From: Cyanobacteria bacterium P01_D01_bin.1 | GTDB lineage: Bacteria > Cyanobacteriota > Cyanobacteriia > Phormidesmidales > Phormidesmidaceae | Length of the DNA stretch: 64,000 bases | Direction: 5' to 3' | NCBI GenBank assembly: GCA_039111275.1 | Contig: JBCCOH010000003.1 | Coordinates: 27,066-91,065, forward strand | Shown: positions 21,201 to 30,878 of the stretch, in pieces | Numbering within the stretch: position 1 is the stretch's first letter | Layout of the letters: each line of letters begins with the position of its first letter | Notes under the pieces: generated by a model | Told to the model about the DNA's origin: nothing | The model's database searches: none | The model's input: only the letters and a program-made list of their open reading frames with translations | Made by a program: the position numbers and the translations under genes

Positions 21201-21377
21201 CTACAGCGCCCGACCTTCTGGCACGTATGACATTATCCAGCAGCGCTCAATATGACGTAGCTTGCTCTGCCGCCAAAACTTCACAGGATTGATGATCACG
21301 GTGTGATTGGCTTGTCCGATGGGCTGGCTCAGATACTGCCAGATTGGGAATTTAGCATTGGGATTAGCAGGTGTCAT
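21201..21377 (-). CDS. 58-aa small protein MTPANPNAKFPIWQYLSQPIGQANHTVIINPVKFWRQSKLRHIERCWIMSYVPEGRAL (below the ORF-track cutoff)
   Basis: Open frame from ATG (21377) to TAG (21201). FP.WQYL.QP ... NP..F ... ERCW pattern recalled from conserved cyanobacterial small proteins (not verified). Confidence 0.65.
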   Translation of the reverse strand: MTPANPNAKFPIWQYLSQPIGQANHTVIINPVKFWRQSKLRHIERCWIMSYVPEGRAL

Positions 21378-21725
21378 AGCAGAATTAGAGACGTAATTGC
21401 TGATAAGGAGTGCGTAAAACTACATGAAGCTAATGTGACGCTTCACCTACTAATAATTGGCAGCTGATGCCTATTTTTCACTCCGTACAACTACTTCACT
21501 TGATGCTCTAACGCTTGATACTCTAAAGACTGTTTGCTTCTTTGCTCTCATTTCCTTTCCCGCCAGGCATTGGTCTGCGCTGTCAGTCTCCTTTTCCTGA
21601 GCAGTTTTTTACAGACTGGAGACATAGACTCGTTTCGCGCCTGCGACATGATCTTTAGCAGATAGACTAAAGCAGGTCACTCCGAAGACAACATCGATCG
21701 TTTTCCTCTAAACGCTTTAGTTACT

Positions 21726-23159
21726 ATGACTGCTTCAGCGCATCGTTCTTCTGTCAGCACTTCGCACACCCTCCCTTTCTTAGAAGGTTTTGCTGATAGG
21801 GAGGCCGTCGACTGGCAGCAATTTGCTCAGTTGCTCAGCCCAATCGAGACATTGGTGACGCCTGCTCAGGTGAGTAAGCTATCGAAGGACTACTACTATT
21901 TCAGCCCTATCCTGGCAAAGCAACTAAGAGATAGCGTCGGCGATCTGGTGGTGCGGCCAAAGAATGAAGCCGAGATATTGAAAGTTGCCAAGGTCTGTGT
22001 AGATGCCAAAGTGCCGCTGACCATACGGGGAGCTGGCACTGGCAACTACGGCCAGTCAATACCGTTGGCAGGAGGTGTCATTCTAGATCTAAGCTCGATG
22101 AACGCTATCAAGTGGATAGAGCCTGGTAAAGCCTGTGTAGAACCAGGCGCTAAGCTAGCGGCCATCGACAGAGCAGCGCGTCCACAGGGCTGGGAGATTC
22201 GAATGACGCCTTCTACCTATCGGACTGCAACGATTGGTGGGTTTGTCGGTGGCGGCAGCGGTGGTATCGGCTCAGTGATGTACGGTCAGCTAGCGGATCG
22301 GGGCAATGTCCAAGCCGTTCGAGTCGTCACGATGGAAAATACCCCAAGCGTCATCGAACTACGCGGCGACGCCGTTCAAAAGGTTAATCATGCCTATGGT
22401 ACAAATGGCATCATTACCGAACTAGAAATTCCACTTGGGCCTGCCTATCCCTGGGCTGAGGTGATTGTTAGCTTCGATGAATTTATGAGCGCGGCCCGGT
22501 TTGGTCAGGCGCTAGGCGACGCTGATGGCATTATCAAGAAGCTAATTAGCGTTCATGCTTGGCCAATTCCTAGCTACTTCAATGCGCTAAAAGACTTTCT
22601 CCCGGATGGAAAAGCGGCTGCACTGCTGATCGTTTCAGAAGCAGACCTAGAGGCGCTCAGGGAACTAGCGGCAGATTGGGGTGGACAGGTGACCTATCAG
22701 AAGAATGCTCAAAAGAATGTGGCAGCGGCGAGTAAGGGAGCTGCGATCACAGAATTCACCTGGAACCATACAACGCTACACGCTCGCAATGTAGACGAGA
22801 ATTTGACCTATCTACAAACGGTTTTTCCCTACGATCCAGACCTAGCGCTTTTGCAGCACATGCACGAGCATTTTGGTGACGAGGTGATTATGCATTTGGA
22901 GTATGTGCGATCACAAGGAAGAATCCTCCCTGCCGCCCTACAGCTCGTTCGCTACACTACCCCAGAGCGCTTGGCTGAAATCATCCGCTACCACGAAGAA
23001 AAAGGAGCCTTTATCGCCAATCCGCACACCTACGTGCTCGAAGACGGCGGGCGCAAAACCATCGATGAAAATCAGCTCAGGTTTAAAGAGAAAATCGATC
23101 CATACGGACTGCTCAATCCTGGAAAAATGCGCGGTTGGATAGAGCGACACTCGGTTTAA
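21726..23159 (+). CDS. FAD-binding oxidoreductase (FAD_binding_4, GlcD-like)
   Basis: DLVVRP..EAEI, RGAGTGNYGQ, VEPGA, ATIGGFVGGG and C-terminal K..IDPYGLLNPGK. Confidence 0.88.
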   Translation: MTASAHRSSVSTSHTLPFLEGFADREAVDWQQFAQLLSPIETLVTPAQVSKLSKDYYYFSPILAKQLRDSVGDLVVRPKNEAEILKVAKVCVDAKVPLTIRGAGTGNYGQSIPLAGGVILDLSSMNAIKWIEPGKACVEPGAKLAAIDRAARPQGWEIRMTPSTYRTATIGGFVGGGSGGIGSVMYGQLADRGNVQAVRVVTMENTPSVIELRGDAVQKVNHAYGTNGIITELEIPLGPAYPWAEVIVSFDEFMSAARFGQALGDADGIIKKLISVHAWPIPSYFNALKDFLPDGKAAALLIVSEADLEALRELAADWGGQVTYQKNAQKNVAAASKGAAITEFTWNHTTLHARNVDENLTYLQTVFPYDPDLALLQHMHEHFGDEVIMHLEYVRSQGRILPAALQLVRYTTPERLAEIIRYHEEKGAFIANPHTYVLEDGGRKTIDENQLRFKEKIDPYGLLNPGKMRGWIERHSV

Positions 23160-23446
23160 CCGCTCTTCAATAGCTGTTTAATTCAGTAATTTTGTGACAC
23201 ATTTCCTAATCTTACTGTGCCTCCAAAGTTGCGACTTTACTAACTAGAAATGGCTTGTTTTGGGTATCTATTAGCTATAGCTTTCGCACTCTAATTGCTA
23301 CACCTCAAAAGGCTAGAAACTCCGACCATATCGAGCGTCATACAAAGCATCCTATAAACAAAGCGAATAGCAATACACGAGTGCATTCGCGCATTGCTAT
23401 ATGTATCTGGGCATCTTAGAACGTGAGCGTTTAAAGTTGCTTTTGC

Positions 23447-24193
23447 ATGTATGATTTGACTCAGCTGAGTTTGCAAGATATTACTGAAATTGGGGTTGCG
23501 CTTCGCACTCTTGGTAAAGAAGCAGACAGTCTAGAACTTGTAGCCGATCGCTGTGTTCAGCATCTCTATTACAGCCTATTAGATCCAGTTACTAACAAGC
23601 CTGCATGTGTGCTTGTTCGCTTCTTTAGGACAGTTCCCTACACCTTACTGCCACCAAGTTTACAGACTTCTGTGCAAACGGCGATCGCCCAACCTCCAGA
23701 ACTAATCCCAGCCGACTTGAAATGTCTGACGCTGTTAGGAACTGTCGGAGATAGACCGGAATGGTGCGATCGCATAGCTTCTGTAGGCCATCAAGTGATT
23801 CCACTAGCAAGCGAGCAATCTGTTAGCCAAATTCCGATGATCTCACAGCTGATCAAAGCCTTTGACCTAGAGATCAGTTGCGTTTTGTCGCCAGCGCCCA
23901 ATCTGCTGATGGCATTGGAACGCAAGACCTGCAACGTTTTCCATGTCCCTATAGCGACCGACAGCGAGTTTATTCCATCCCAAGAGCAGTTCGTCAAACC
24001 CTATGGAATTAAATCAGTTGTGGGCTTTGGTGGCATGCTGGCTTCTGGCGACTTATTCTCCACTATTCTGTTTTCAAAAGTCGAGATCTCAGAACCTACA
24101 GCGCATTTATTTAAGACGCTGCCACTCAATATAAAAATGTCCCTTTCAGCTCTCAATCGCAGTCAGCTTTTTAGTCAGACTGTAGCTGTCTAA
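23447..24193 (+). CDS. uncharacterised protein, C-terminal half GAF-like
   Basis: 248-aa ORF with native codon style. FVKPYGIKSVVGFGGML..GDLFSTILFS resembles the GAF core strands. It lies 37 nt upstream of a histidine kinase. Confidence 0.7.
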   Translation: MYDLTQLSLQDITEIGVALRTLGKEADSLELVADRCVQHLYYSLLDPVTNKPACVLVRFFRTVPYTLLPPSLQTSVQTAIAQPPELIPADLKCLTLLGTVGDRPEWCDRIASVGHQVIPLASEQSVSQIPMISQLIKAFDLEISCVLSPAPNLLMALERKTCNVFHVPIATDSEFIPSQEQFVKPYGIKSVVGFGGMLASGDLFSTILFSKVEISEPTAHLFKTLPLNIKMSLSALNRSQLFSQTVAV

Positions 24194-24230
24194 AACTCAA
24201 TATTTCTATATAAATTGGGAACGTTTCGCT

Positions 24231-25724
24231 GTGGCTCCTTCGATACAAAAAACAGAAGAGAATAGGACAGTTACTCAACCGCATGAAGAGATTGCTCAGC
24301 TACGAGATCAGGTGATTACGCTAGAAGAACTGCTGCTTATCTATGAGCAGTCTGCTACCGAAAGAGAAAGCTATCTACAGGATGTTCTTCGTAAGTCAGA
24401 AGAAAAAGCGCTACAGCTACAGCATTCTCGCTCTACGCTGCAAACGGTTAAGGCAATTCTCGATAGTATGAGCGATGCTGTTGTTGTTATAGACGGTGAC
24501 GGCCATACGCTGTTTAGCAATCCAGCTGCAGCAGAGCTGCTAGAAACCAAACTGCTAGAGCGTAATCTTGCCAGCAGTTTTCCAGACAGTAACCTTCAAG
24601 ACAGTAGCCTTATTAGGCAATTTTCTTCTTGCGAGCAAGCAGCTATTGGGACTTCTGCTTCAAAGGCGATCTCTCTAAGAGCAGCCATCCTAGGAAAATC
24701 TGTCGATAATTTGGAAATACATTTAGAGGAGCAGAGCCGCTGGCTGAGTATCAATGCTAGACCGCTTGAGTCTGAAGGAAAATCGGCTGGTGCAGTCGCT
24801 GTCTTTAGGGATGCGACTTTGGCTAAAGAGAGTGCGCAGACGCTTCGCCGCTCGAATGAAGAATTTCGTCAGCAGTCAAAAGTTTTAGCCGATACGCTAG
24901 CAGAGCTAAAGCAGACGCAGGCAATGCTGATTCATGAAGAGAAGATGTCGAGTCTAGGCCAGACCGTTGCCGGAATCGCACACGAAATTAACAATCCCCT
25001 TAGCTTCATTCATGGAAATTTGGAGCTAATGAAGCATGTCTTTCAGGAGCTGCTAGGACTAATTGATTTGTTTCGGCGAACCTATCCTGGTTCTACGCCA
25101 GCAATTGACCAGGCGATCGAGGAAATTGATTTAGGGTTTATCAGCAAAGACGTTCCTAGCATGATGGCTTCTATGTCGTTAGGGGTTGGGCGGATTAGAG
25201 AGATTGTGCGATCGCTACGTGTGTTTTCCCATCTAGACGAATCAGCAGTAAAAGCGGTTGATATTCATGCGGGTATCGATAGCGCCTGCATGGTGGTGAA
25301 AGCACAGCTAGATGAGCAGACGAGTGGAAACGTGATCGTGATTCGCAAAGACTACGGCAGCTTGCCACTAATAGAATGTCATGCCAGCCAGATCAATCAG
25401 GTTGTCGTACATTTGCTCGCAAACGCTATCTACGCACTTCGTTCTTCAGATAAACAGTTGAGTCCTCCAGAGATTACGATCTGTACCGAGACCCGCGAAG
25501 GAAAGATTTTTATCCGTATCTCTGACAACGGCATTGGTATTCCCAAATCGATTCAGTCCAAGATCTTCGATCCGTTCTTTACGACTAAACCTGTTGGCAA
25601 AGGCACTGGCTTAGGCCTCTGCGTCTGCCATCAGATTGTTGTAGGGATTCATCAGGGTGCGATCGCCTGCACTTCTCAAGAGGGCATCGGCACCGAGTTT
25701 GAGATCACGCTGCCCTACACCTAA
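24231..25724 (+). CDS. cytoplasmic PAS-domain sensor histidine kinase (NtrB-like)
   Basis: PAS start ILDSMSDAVVVIDG..LFSNPAA; H-box AHEINNP; N, G1 DNGIG, F DPFFTTK and G2 GKGTGLGL boxes; no TM. Confidence 0.93.
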   Translation: MAPSIQKTEENRTVTQPHEEIAQLRDQVITLEELLLIYEQSATERESYLQDVLRKSEEKALQLQHSRSTLQTVKAILDSMSDAVVVIDGDGHTLFSNPAAAELLETKLLERNLASSFPDSNLQDSSLIRQFSSCEQAAIGTSASKAISLRAAILGKSVDNLEIHLEEQSRWLSINARPLESEGKSAGAVAVFRDATLAKESAQTLRRSNEEFRQQSKVLADTLAELKQTQAMLIHEEKMSSLGQTVAGIAHEINNPLSFIHGNLELMKHVFQELLGLIDLFRRTYPGSTPAIDQAIEEIDLGFISKDVPSMMASMSLGVGRIREIVRSLRVFSHLDESAVKAVDIHAGIDSACMVVKAQLDEQTSGNVIVIRKDYGSLPLIECHASQINQVVVHLLANAIYALRSSDKQLSPPEITICTETREGKIFIRISDNGIGIPKSIQSKIFDPFFTTKPVGKGTGLGLCVCHQIVVGIHQGAIACTSQEGIGTEFEITLPYT

Positions 25725-25810
25725 AATAAAAGCTACGGATACACTGCTCTCAAGCAAGTCTTACTGGCAGGGAACATCTGATAGTGAAAGCATTATTCTC
25801 TGACAATTCG

Positions 25811-26236
25811 ATGGGCGCAGTTTTCTCCGATATCACGCTCACCAACGCAATAGACGAAGGCATGGTAAGTCGAGGCGTGTTGGCACCAAAGCATCTACGT
25901 CAGCACACAGAAGCCGCCTTAGTCGATACTAAATCTGTTCACCTAGTGATCTCTGAGCAGATAGCTCAAGACCTCGGCCTACGAATTCTAGGACAGCAGG
26001 GCGTCGAACATGCCGATGGCCGAAGGGAAGCAGTCGGCGTTACCGAGGCCATCTTAATCGAATGCGAAGGTCGCCAGACAACTGATGAGGCACTCGTGAC
26101 CGGCAACGGAATTCTAATTGGTCAGGTAATTTTGGAAAAGCTAGATTTGCAGGTCGACTGCCGACAGCAAAGGCTCATTCCCAACCCAAAGCATCCTGAG
26201 TATCCGCTGAGCTATATTCTGACAGTATTCAACTGA
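25811..26236 (+). CDS. clan AA aspartic protease-like protein (AF_0612 type)
   Basis: MG.V...ITLTNAID, ALVDT, V.HADGR.E, EALV.G..ILIGQVILE.LDL.VD. ATG at 25811. Confidence 0.8.
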   Translation: MGAVFSDITLTNAIDEGMVSRGVLAPKHLRQHTEAALVDTKSVHLVISEQIAQDLGLRILGQQGVEHADGRREAVGVTEAILIECEGRQTTDEALVTGNGILIGQVILEKLDLQVDCRQQRLIPNPKHPEYPLSYILTVFN

Positions 26237-26252
26237 GCGCTGGGACGACGTA

Positions 26253-26843
26253 CTAAGATAGCAACTCGTCAACTGCAACGCTAAAGCCCGGCAGTACAAT
26301 CTGAGTTTTAGCAATCTCACCAGACTTAAAAATTTGATCGCGATCGGCAGTCACCACCACTACTCGCTGGCTATTGGGAAAGACGATCCAAACTTCCTCC
26401 CCGCCGGACGCTAGATACTCATCAGCTTTCGCATAGACCTCTTCAGCTAGATCTGTGGGCGAAACAACCTCTGCACACAGCGGAAAGCTCTGTGGCAACA
26501 CCTTGAGTCCGCCATATTGTTCTAGTAAATCTTGTGTCAGATAGGCTACATCTGGCTTACGCCCCTGTTCTCTAGTTTGACAAGGCACCTCTGTGTACAC
26601 TTCGCCACCTAACTGTTGCGTCATTTGGTAAATAGCCCAGACGGTACTTAGCCTCCGTTGAATCTTGCTATGAGCGAGTGTCATCCCATCCTCTGTCGCG
26701 CTATTTTTCTCGATTAGCCGACCGTTTACCCACTCCGTTCCCTCCACAGGATTTTCTAGCCACTCTTCTAAGGAGTTTGGCTGTAGTGAAAGTTGATCAG
26801 ATTGCTGAATAACTGGAGCTGGTCTTCGAGTAGTTGTAACCAT
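26253..26843 (-). CDS. Uma2 family (DUF820) putative endonuclease
   Basis: TEWVNGRL, RKPDVAY, AEVVSPTD, K..EYL..G.EEVWIV and LPGF. Confidence 0.9.
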   Translation of the reverse strand: MVTTTRRPAPVIQQSDQLSLQPNSLEEWLENPVEGTEWVNGRLIEKNSATEDGMTLAHSKIQRRLSTVWAIYQMTQQLGGEVYTEVPCQTREQGRKPDVAYLTQDLLEQYGGLKVLPQSFPLCAEVVSPTDLAEEVYAKADEYLASGGEEVWIVFPNSQRVVVVTADRDQIFKSGEIAKTQIVLPGFSVAVDELLS

Positions 26844-26895
26844 ATCCTGATTGCCACTTGCTGCTCGTATCTAGTATAAGTTCTAGTTTTAGATT

Positions 26896-27966
26896 CTAGT
26901 TCTTCAGGAAAGTAACTAGCTGCTCTAGCTTGTCCCAAGCTGCGCCGCTTTGAATAATCTCTTGAGCTTGACTGATACCGTCTGCGCAAGCTGCCTCAAA
27001 GTTATCACCCTTAGCTAGCCCACCGACTTCCAGAGCGAGTGCCGCGTTTAGCGCTACGGCATCTGTCTGTGCCTGTGTTCCTTTGCCTTGCAGTACATTG
27101 CGTAAGATGGTGGTGTTCTCTTCTAGCTCACCACCTTTCAATGCTGATAGCGGTGCAGGTGTTAAGCCGAAGGCTTCAGGAGTCAGCACTTCCTGGGTAA
27201 CTTTGCCATCACTGATGACTGAAACGTCTGTGGGTTTGCCTAAGCCTGCTTCGTCTAGAGTCTCTCTACCGTGCAAGACCATCGCTTGTTGCATGCCGAG
27301 CTGCTTGAGCGCTTCAGCCATCGGTTCGATCACTGCAGGATGATAGACACCGATGATTTGGCCTGTGGGCCGTAGCGGGTTGACTAGTGGACCAAGCAAG
27401 TTGAAGACTGTACGGATTTTGAGCTCGCCGCGTAAAGGCGCGACAGCTTTCATCGCCGGGTGCCAGCCCCTGGCAAAGAGAAAAGTGACGCCGACTTCCT
27501 TGAGCGCCGCTTTGGACTTTTCAATAGGAGCAGCAAGGTCAATGCCTAAGCCTTCGAGCACGTCCGCTGAGCCGACTTTGCTGGAGGCGGAGCGATTGCC
27601 GTGTTTGGCGACGGGAATGCCAGCAGCGGCGGCGACAAATGTGACAGCGGTAGAGATATTAAAGGTAGAAGATCCGTCTCCGCCGGTGCCACAGGTGTCG
27701 ATGCGAGGTGAGGGCAAGTCTGGGTCTACGAGCATACCGCCGAGGGATTGACCTTGCAGAACGCGGGCCATGCCGGCTAGCTCGTCTCCGGTGACACCTT
27801 TGCTTTGGATAGCGGTGAGGATGGCACTAGAGAGAATCGGAGAGAGGCTTTCGGTGAGCCAGCTATCCATTAGGGCTTCGGCCTGTGCCTGGGTGAGCGA
27901 TCGCTTTTCGATCAGCTGCTGCAATAGCTGTGGACCGTTGAACTCGACGTGCTTTGTAGTGACCAT
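26896..27966 (-). CDS. trpD: anthranilate phosphoribosyltransferase
   Basis: [34 protein letters not shown] and LDE. Confidence 0.97.
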   Translation of the reverse strand: MVTTKHVEFNGPQLLQQLIEKRSLTQAQAEALMDSWLTESLSPILSSAILTAIQSKGVTGDELAGMARVLQGQSLGGMLVDPDLPSPRIDTCGTGGDGSSTFNISTAVTFVAAAAGIPVAKHGNRSASSKVGSADVLEGLGIDLAAPIEKSKAALKEVGVTFLFARGWHPAMKAVAPLRGELKIRTVFNLLGPLVNPLRPTGQIIGVYHPAVIEPMAEALKQLGMQQAMVLHGRETLDEAGLGKPTDVSVISDGKVTQEVLTPEAFGLTPAPLSALKGGELEENTTILRNVLQGKGTQAQTDAVALNAALALEVGGLAKGDNFEAACADGISQAQEIIQSGAAWDKLEQLVTFLKN

Positions 27967-28037
27967 CTGGGGGGTAATGATGTGTTGAAGAAGTGCTTCG
28001 ATTATCGGACGTTGGGCCCTCGTTGCTCAAGTCAGGT

Positions 28038-29888
28038 TTATTGGCCTAACATTTGCAGTTTGTACAAGCTGGCGTAGAGTCCGTTCTGCTGTAGTAGCTC
28101 GTCATGACTGCCTTGTTCAATCAGCTGACCTTGCTTAAGGACTAGAATGCGATCCACATTGCGGATCGTCGATAGACGGTGGGCAATGATGATAGCGGTA
28201 CGATCTTCTAGCAGCTTGTCTAGCGCGGATTGAATAGTTGCCTCCGTGCCAACGTCTAAGTTAGCCGTAGCTTCGTCTAAGACCAAAATGCCGGGATTGC
28301 GGATGGCGGCGCGGGCAAAGGCGAGTAGCTGCTTTTGTCCACCAGATAGGTTGGTGCCGCGTTCACGCACTGCTGTGCTGTATCCCTGCGGTAGGGCTTC
28401 GATAAATGGGGAGACGTTCGTTCGTTCGGCGGCGCGCTGGACTTGTTCAAAGCTGTAGTCTTCGCCGAGGGTAATGTTACGGGTGACATCGCCTGAAAAG
28501 AGAAAGCCGTCTTGGAGGATGATGGCCATGCGATCGCGCAGATCATGCTGCGCAATGTCCCGAATATCCACGTTATCTAATAAGATCTGCCCGTCAGTGA
28601 CTTCGTATAGACGACAAAGCAGACGAATAATTGAGCTTTTACCTGCACCGGTTGGCCCCACTAGGGCTACTTTTTCGCCTGGTTTGATAATGAAATCAAG
28701 ATCTTTTAGTACGTAGTCATCTGCTTTATAGCCAAAAGAGACATGGTTAAATCGAATCTCACCGGGAATGACAACGTCGCTGTTCTTCAGGGTCTGAGCA
28801 GGCAGTTCAACCGGATTTTGGGCGTCGCGTATGGCAATCGGCTCGCTCATAATATCGTTCAATCGCTCTACAGCGGTAAAGCCTGCCTGGATGGCAGTGA
28901 ACTTATCGGCGAACTGTCTGAGTGGATCGAATAGCTTTTGGGCAAAGAGGATAAAGGCGGTCAGGGTGCCGATCTCGATGACGCTGCCAGTGACTAGGTA
29001 GCCACCCAGGGCAAGGACACCTGCGATCGCAGCCAAGGCCACCCACTCCAAAGTCGCCGACACCGCCGAGTCATAGAAAATCGTCGTATCAATCGCATCC
29101 ACATAGCGCTGATTAATCGTGCGAAACAGCTCGCTATTAAATCGCTCGCGGCGAAATAGCTGCACTACATTGATACCGCTGATGTTCTCTTGCAGGTTAG
29201 AGTTCAAAGCTGAGAGCTCTTCTCTCGCGATGTAGTTGGCCTTCCGGTACTGCTGCTGAAAATAGATGATCAGTGTGGTGATTGGTAGCAGCATAGCGAT
29301 CAGCATCAGCCCTAGCCGCCATTCCTGCTGAAGCATCGTCCCCATCAGCACCAGGATTAAAAATAGATCGCTGATAATGCCAATCGCTCCAGTTGCAAAG
29401 ACATCGCCGAGCGCATTGACATCGCTGGTTAGGCGGGTAATCAATCGACCCACAGGCGTACGATCGAAGAAACCCATCGATAGGTTGGTAACGTGCTCAA
29501 ATAAGTCGCTACGGACAGAAGCGGTAATTCTTTCTCCCACTCTCTGAATCTGGTAGCTCTGCCAACCGTCGAAGCAGAGGCGAATTGCGATCGCCACCAG
29601 CAGTCCAACGATGATCCAGTTGAGCCCTGTGCGTAGGCTCATTGTCGAAAAAACATCCCAGGCCGCATCCTCTTGCTTGATCAGCGAAATTGCCTGGCCA
29701 ATCAAAACTGGCTGTAGCGCCTGGGCCAGCGACAGCGGTACCAAGAGCAGCAGCGGCAAGATTAGCTGTGAGCGATTTTCTGTGATGTAGGGCAGCAGTC
29801 GTAGGAATAGCCGCCAGTCTCCCTTTGCGGTGCGCTCTTCTCCAAATTTGACACCTGATTTAGATCCGTTTGTAGAAGCAGATGCCAT
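28038..29888 (-). CDS. ABC exporter, fused TMD-NBD (MsbA/MdlB-like)
   Basis: Six-TM domain, Walker A GPTGAGKS, LSGGQKQ, ILVLDEAT and IAHRLST. Confidence 0.95.
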   Translation of the reverse strand: MASASTNGSKSGVKFGEERTAKGDWRLFLRLLPYITENRSQLILPLLLLVPLSLAQALQPVLIGQAISLIKQEDAAWDVFSTMSLRTGLNWIIVGLLVAIAIRLCFDGWQSYQIQRVGERITASVRSDLFEHVTNLSMGFFDRTPVGRLITRLTSDVNALGDVFATGAIGIISDLFLILVLMGTMLQQEWRLGLMLIAMLLPITTLIIYFQQQYRKANYIAREELSALNSNLQENISGINVVQLFRRERFNSELFRTINQRYVDAIDTTIFYDSAVSATLEWVALAAIAGVLALGGYLVTGSVIEIGTLTAFILFAQKLFDPLRQFADKFTAIQAGFTAVERLNDIMSEPIAIRDAQNPVELPAQTLKNSDVVIPGEIRFNHVSFGYKADDYVLKDLDFIIKPGEKVALVGPTGAGKSSIIRLLCRLYEVTDGQILLDNVDIRDIAQHDLRDRMAIILQDGFLFSGDVTRNITLGEDYSFEQVQRAAERTNVSPFIEALPQGYSTAVRERGTNLSGGQKQLLAFARAAIRNPGILVLDEATANLDVGTEATIQSALDKLLEDRTAIIIAHRLSTIRNVDRILVLKQGQLIEQGSHDELLQQNGLYASLYKLQMLGQ

Positions 29889-29934
29889 GAAATACTCTCG
29901 AAAAATTGAATAAAGTGAGGCTAGATTAATCGGT

Positions 29935-30585
29935 TTAGGCAGTAACGCCCGGTATGGTCGCTCCTCTTAACTGCTCAACGATCGTACCTAGACCGTCTTG
30001 GTTTAAACGGTAGCTCAGAGGATGTGCGATCAGCCGCGCTGTGCTGTGGTAGAGCGTTTCTAGTTCTACGAGATTGTTTTCCTTTAGCGTGCGTCCCGTA
30101 GAGACCAAATCGACAATCGCTTCAGACATACCAGTAATTGGGCCTAGCTCTACTGAACCCGATAGCGGCACTATCTCTACCGCCAGATCTAAAGACTGAA
30201 AATATTGACGAGCACTATTAACAAAAGTAGAAGCCACCCGGCAATGAGGCGGTAGATCTACCGCCGATTGATAGCCACTATCAGCCGAAACCGCGACCGA
30301 CAGATGGCAACTGCCAAATCCTAAGTCCGCAATCTGAGCTACTCGAGGCCGACGCTCTCTGAGTACGTCGTAACCTACAATGCCAATCTGCGCCTGACCG
30401 TACTCCACATATACAGGCACATCCTTCGCTCTTACCAGTAGCCCTCTAGCCTGACCGCCGCTGTCCATTAGCTGTAGCTGCCGAGTTCCTGTCTCTAGAA
30501 AACCGCTAAAATCCAAGCCTGCGGTCTTCAACAGTTGAATACTCTCCTTTAGAAGAGAGCCTTTGGGTAGCGCAACGGTGATCAT
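29935..30585 (-). CDS. hisG: ATP phosphoribosyltransferase, short form
   Basis: [29 protein letters not shown] and [12 protein letters not shown]; no C-terminal regulatory domain. ATG at 30585. Confidence 0.95.
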   Translation of the reverse strand: MITVALPKGSLLKESIQLLKTAGLDFSGFLETGTRQLQLMDSGGQARGLLVRAKDVPVYVEYGQAQIGIVGYDVLRERRPRVAQIADLGFGSCHLSVAVSADSGYQSAVDLPPHCRVASTFVNSARQYFQSLDLAVEIVPLSGSVELGPITGMSEAIVDLVSTGRTLKENNLVELETLYHSTARLIAHPLSYRLNQDGLGTIVEQLRGATIPGVTA

Positions 30586-30878
30586 AGATAGGCAATCAAT
30601 AAGATGAGCCAGCACTAGAGCTGAAAAAAGCGAACAATAATATAAGTGGAGCAGTGTAAAGAACGCTGTCTGCAAGTGCTATCAGTGAGCAAAATCACAT
30701 TCAAACTCGATAGTTCTGCGTATACATGTAATCAGAGTTCCTGAAACGCACATTAATCCAATAAATTCCGATGTTACACAGACAGTATTGAATTAGCTCC
30801 GCATATAAGTAGATGAATTGGAAATAGCTTGAGTAGAAACAGCTCGAGCGGAAATAGCTTAATCTGTAGTGTCCAACT

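Noticed and set aside
26253-26843. Uma2 nuclease as part of a restriction or defence system
   Set aside because: Uma2/DUF820 genes are scattered multi-copy paralogs in cyanobacteria, and there is no methylase or partner adjacent.
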